Shown: piece by piece, positions 16,592 to 18,702 of the stretch
Position numbering within the stretch: position 1 is the stretch's first letter
Layout of the letters: every line of letters begins with the position of its first letter
Source: an uncultured archaeon
Lineage (GTDB): Archaea > Asgardarchaeota > Lokiarchaeia > Sigyniarchaeales > SOKP01
Direction of reading: 5' to 3'
NCBI GenBank assembly: GCA_964388035.1
Contig: CAYLZE010000101.1
Span: 1-18,702, forward strand
Length of the DNA: 18,702 bases
Position numbers and translations under genes: made by a program
Notes under the pieces: generated by a model
Seen by the model: only the letters and a program-made list of their open reading frames with translations
Database searches by the model: none
What the model was told of the DNA's origin: nothing

Positions 16592-18100
16592 TTATATCTG
16601 AAGTAATTTCATGATAGCGCTAACATCTATACTTTCTTCCACAATAGTTGCAAGCTTTTCAATACTTTTGTCAATAACTTCAGTATAACTAACATTTTTC
16701 CTTTCTATTTGTTGCGAACTTTTCCTTAAATAGATATAGTCTATAAATTGTTTTCTAAAAGCGTCTTCATTCCACAATCCGTGGATAAAGCATCCAAACA
16801 CGTTTTTCTTTGGATTAATAGCACCTGAAAAATGCTCTTCTGGATCATCTCCCTTAGAAATAACTTTCAATAACGGTTCCATGCTTGGATCATGTTTAAC
16901 TATGCCCATGTGGATTTCATAACCTTTTATAATTGCTTGCTTGAGAAAGGGAATCCCCATGAATTCTGCTTGAACTTGTTTAGTAATTTTATCATATGAT
17001 GTAAACTCGGTAATAACGGGTAAAAGATTTAGCCCGGCATATTCCCTGTTTCCTTCACCCTCAATATTCATATCTATTATTCTGGTTCCTAACATTTGAT
17101 ATCCTCCGCAAATTCCAATGATTAAATAATCTCTTTCCGCTAAATCTTGCAACTTCGTGGAAAATCCCTTGATTTTGAGCCATTCTAAATCCGAGACAGT
17201 ATTTTTAGTCCCTGGAATGATGATTACATCTGCATTTTCTAAATCTTGGGGATTTGAAACATAAGAAACGTTAATTTCAGGTTCCCAACTTAAAATTTCA
17301 TAATCATTAAAATTAGATATTTTAGGTAATTTAATTACTTTTACTTCGATAGTGCCCGTACCTGTGTGATCTTCCAAAGAAAGAGAATCCTCGGCAGGTA
17401 TTCTTAAATCTTCAAGATAAGGAATGACTCCCAAGCATTTTATGCCAATCAAATCCTCTAATTGTTTAATTCCAGGTTGGAGGATCTCCAAATCTCCTCG
17501 AAATTTATTGATCACGAAATATTTTATTCGTTCTTGATCTTCGAGATTTAAGAGCTTAATCGTTCCATATATGGTTGCAAAAACCCCGCCTCGATCGATA
17601 TCAGCAATTAAAATCACGGGCGCCTTTAGAATACGTGCAACAAACATGTTAGCAATATCGCGAGACATCAAGTTTATTTCAGCAGGACTTCCAGCACCTT
17701 CAATAATTATAAGTTCAAAATCCTCCATTAATTTTCGTGCTGCTTCTTTAACATGCGATATTAACTTGGGAACGTGGTCGGAATAATATTCACTAACGGT
17801 ATAATCCACTAAAGGTTTCCCCATGAGAATGATTTGTGAGGATTGATTTCCTTTAGGCTTTAATAATATGGGGTTCATCTCGACTCTTGGCTCCACCCTT
17901 GCAGCTAATGCTTGCACTACTTGCGAGCGAGCTATTTCAGATCCATCTTTTGTAACAAAAGAATTTAAGGACATGTTCTGAGACTTGAACGGTGCTACCT
18001 TGAAGCCTTTATTATTAAATATCCGGCATAAAGCAGCCACGAAAAGTGATTTTCCCACGTGAGACATGGTACCTTGAATCATTAATGTCTTGGCTAGCAT
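16592..18100 (-). CDS. cbiP: Cobyric acid synthase (CobQ/CbiP)
   Basis: QGTMSHVGKS, PFKSQNMSLNS, MNPILLKP, EGAGSPAEINL, DIDRGG, and the glutaminase motifs GICGGYQMLG and GYEIHMG. Confidence 0.97.
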   Translation of the reverse strand: MLAKTLMIQGTMSHVGKSLFVAALCRIFNNKGFKVAPFKSQNMSLNSFVTKDGSEIARSQVVQALAARVEPRVEMNPILLKPKGNQSSQIILMGKPLVDYTVSEYYSDHVPKLISHVKEAARKLMEDFELIIIEGAGSPAEINLMSRDIANMFVARILKAPVILIADIDRGGVFATIYGTIKLLNLEDQERIKYFVINKFRGDLEILQPGIKQLEDLIGIKCLGVIPYLEDLRIPAEDSLSLEDHTGTGTIEVKVIKLPKISNFNDYEILSWEPEINVSYVSNPQDLENADVIIIPGTKNTVSDLEWLKIKGFSTKLQDLAERDYLIIGICGGYQMLGTRIIDMNIEGEGNREYAGLNLLPVITEFTSYDKITKQVQAEFMGIPFLKQAIIKGYEIHMGIVKHDPSMEPLLKVISKGDDPEEHFSGAINPKKNVFGCFIHGLWNEDAFRKQFIDYIYLRKSSQQIERKNVSYTEVIDKSIEKLATIVEESIDVSAIMKLLQI

Positions 18101-18102
18101 TT

Positions 18103-18456
18103 TTAATCTTTATTTTTTTCCTTTAAGATTCTTTTACGTAGAGTTAGCAATTTTTCTATGGGAATTAAATTAAAATTTTCATTTAATTCTATTAATCCTT
18201 TTAAAATTTCCTTAGCATTGGCTGTTTTATGAGGAAAAATGCAAGATGAGCATGCCCAAACGGCTTCATTAGTCGTAGTACTGATCTTTTCAAATCCCCC
18301 CGTACTAGGATCATAACAAGGATAGAAAGGACAAAAGCAAAAAGTACAATCCTCTAATCCTTCATGGCATGGCAAATATGAGCATTCCTTATCGAGACCC
18401 ATGATTGTTCCGCGCTTCATTGCCTTCTTAATTAATTTTCTTCCTTTATCATGCAT
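18103..18456 (-). CDS. Cysteine-rich small-domain (zf-like) metal-binding protein associated with cobamide genes
   Basis: CSYLPCH..DCTFCFCPFYPC..GG..VWACSSCIFPH is the characteristic Cys/His pattern of this family. Sits between cobD and cbiP. Confidence 0.85.
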   Translation of the reverse strand: MHDKGRKLIKKAMKRGTIMGLDKECSYLPCHEGLEDCTFCFCPFYPCYDPSTGGFEKISTTTNEAVWACSSCIFPHKTANAKEILKGLIELNENFNLIPIEKLLTLRKRILKEKNKD

Positions 18457-18461
18457 TTTGT

Positions 18462-18702
18462 TTAGAATTTTTCCTCCTCTCCTTGGTCATACGAGTCAAA
18501 AATAATGGCTAACCGATGTAATAACTTTTTATTAGATTTTCTATCTCGAATTGACACTCTAAAGTAAAAATCGTCCAATCTTTTATAATTTGAGCAATCT
18601 CGTATTAGAATACCCTCCTTCAATAACCTTTCCTTAATTTCTTTTGCTTTAATTCCCGTTTCTTTTGTGTTAATCAATAAGAAATTTGCTCTTGAAGGAT
18701 AA
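18462..18702 (-). CDS. cobD: C-terminal part of a PLP-dependent L-threonine-O-3-phosphate decarboxylase (5' end outside the window)
   Basis: The frame stays open to the window edge, giving YPSRANFLLIN..ERLLKEGILIRDCSNYKRLDDFYFRVSIRDRKSNKKLL, the typical C-terminus of CobD/HisC-like enzymes. The cob context favours CobD. The start given at 18677 is not the real one. Confidence 0.82.
   Translation of the reverse strand, partial: YPSRANFLLINTKETGIKAKEIKERLLKEGILIRDCSNYKRLDDFYFRVSIRDRKSNKKLLHRLAIIFDSYDQGEEEKF

Noticed and set aside
13243-17786. Plus-strand ORFs 13243-13560, 14576-14821, 14900-15253 and 17571-17786
   Set aside because: Antisense shadows of cbiZ, cobY/cobS and cbiP.

Overview
AT-rich archaeal chromosomal segment, most likely from an Asgard archaeon of the Lokiarchaeia type. 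This is inferred from an intron-containing tRNA with a bulge-helix-bulge splice motif, an Sm-like protein, archaeal CobY/CbiZ/IorAB and 7TM-longin-like fusions; it was not checked by database search. From left to right: two tandem genes for about 7-TM membrane proteins with C-terminal longin-like domains, two divergent SAM methyltransferases, tRNA-Arg(CCT) with a 24-nt intron, a small Zn-finger gene divergent from an Sm/Lsm gene, a large metallophosphoesterase followed by a PAP2 phosphatase, iorA-iorB, a ~690-bp gap holding hairpins and an unannotated 45-aa ORF, and the distal part of a cobamide salvage/nucleotide-loop operon (cobD partial, Cys-rich protein, cbiP, cbiB, cobS, cobY, cbiZ, bacterial-type cobC). 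No CRISPR array, transposase or integrase was seen. The best candidate for an undescribed system is the paired 7TM-longin genes. Next come the putative membrane-targeted metallophosphoesterase plus PAP2 pair and the mosaic cobamide operon.
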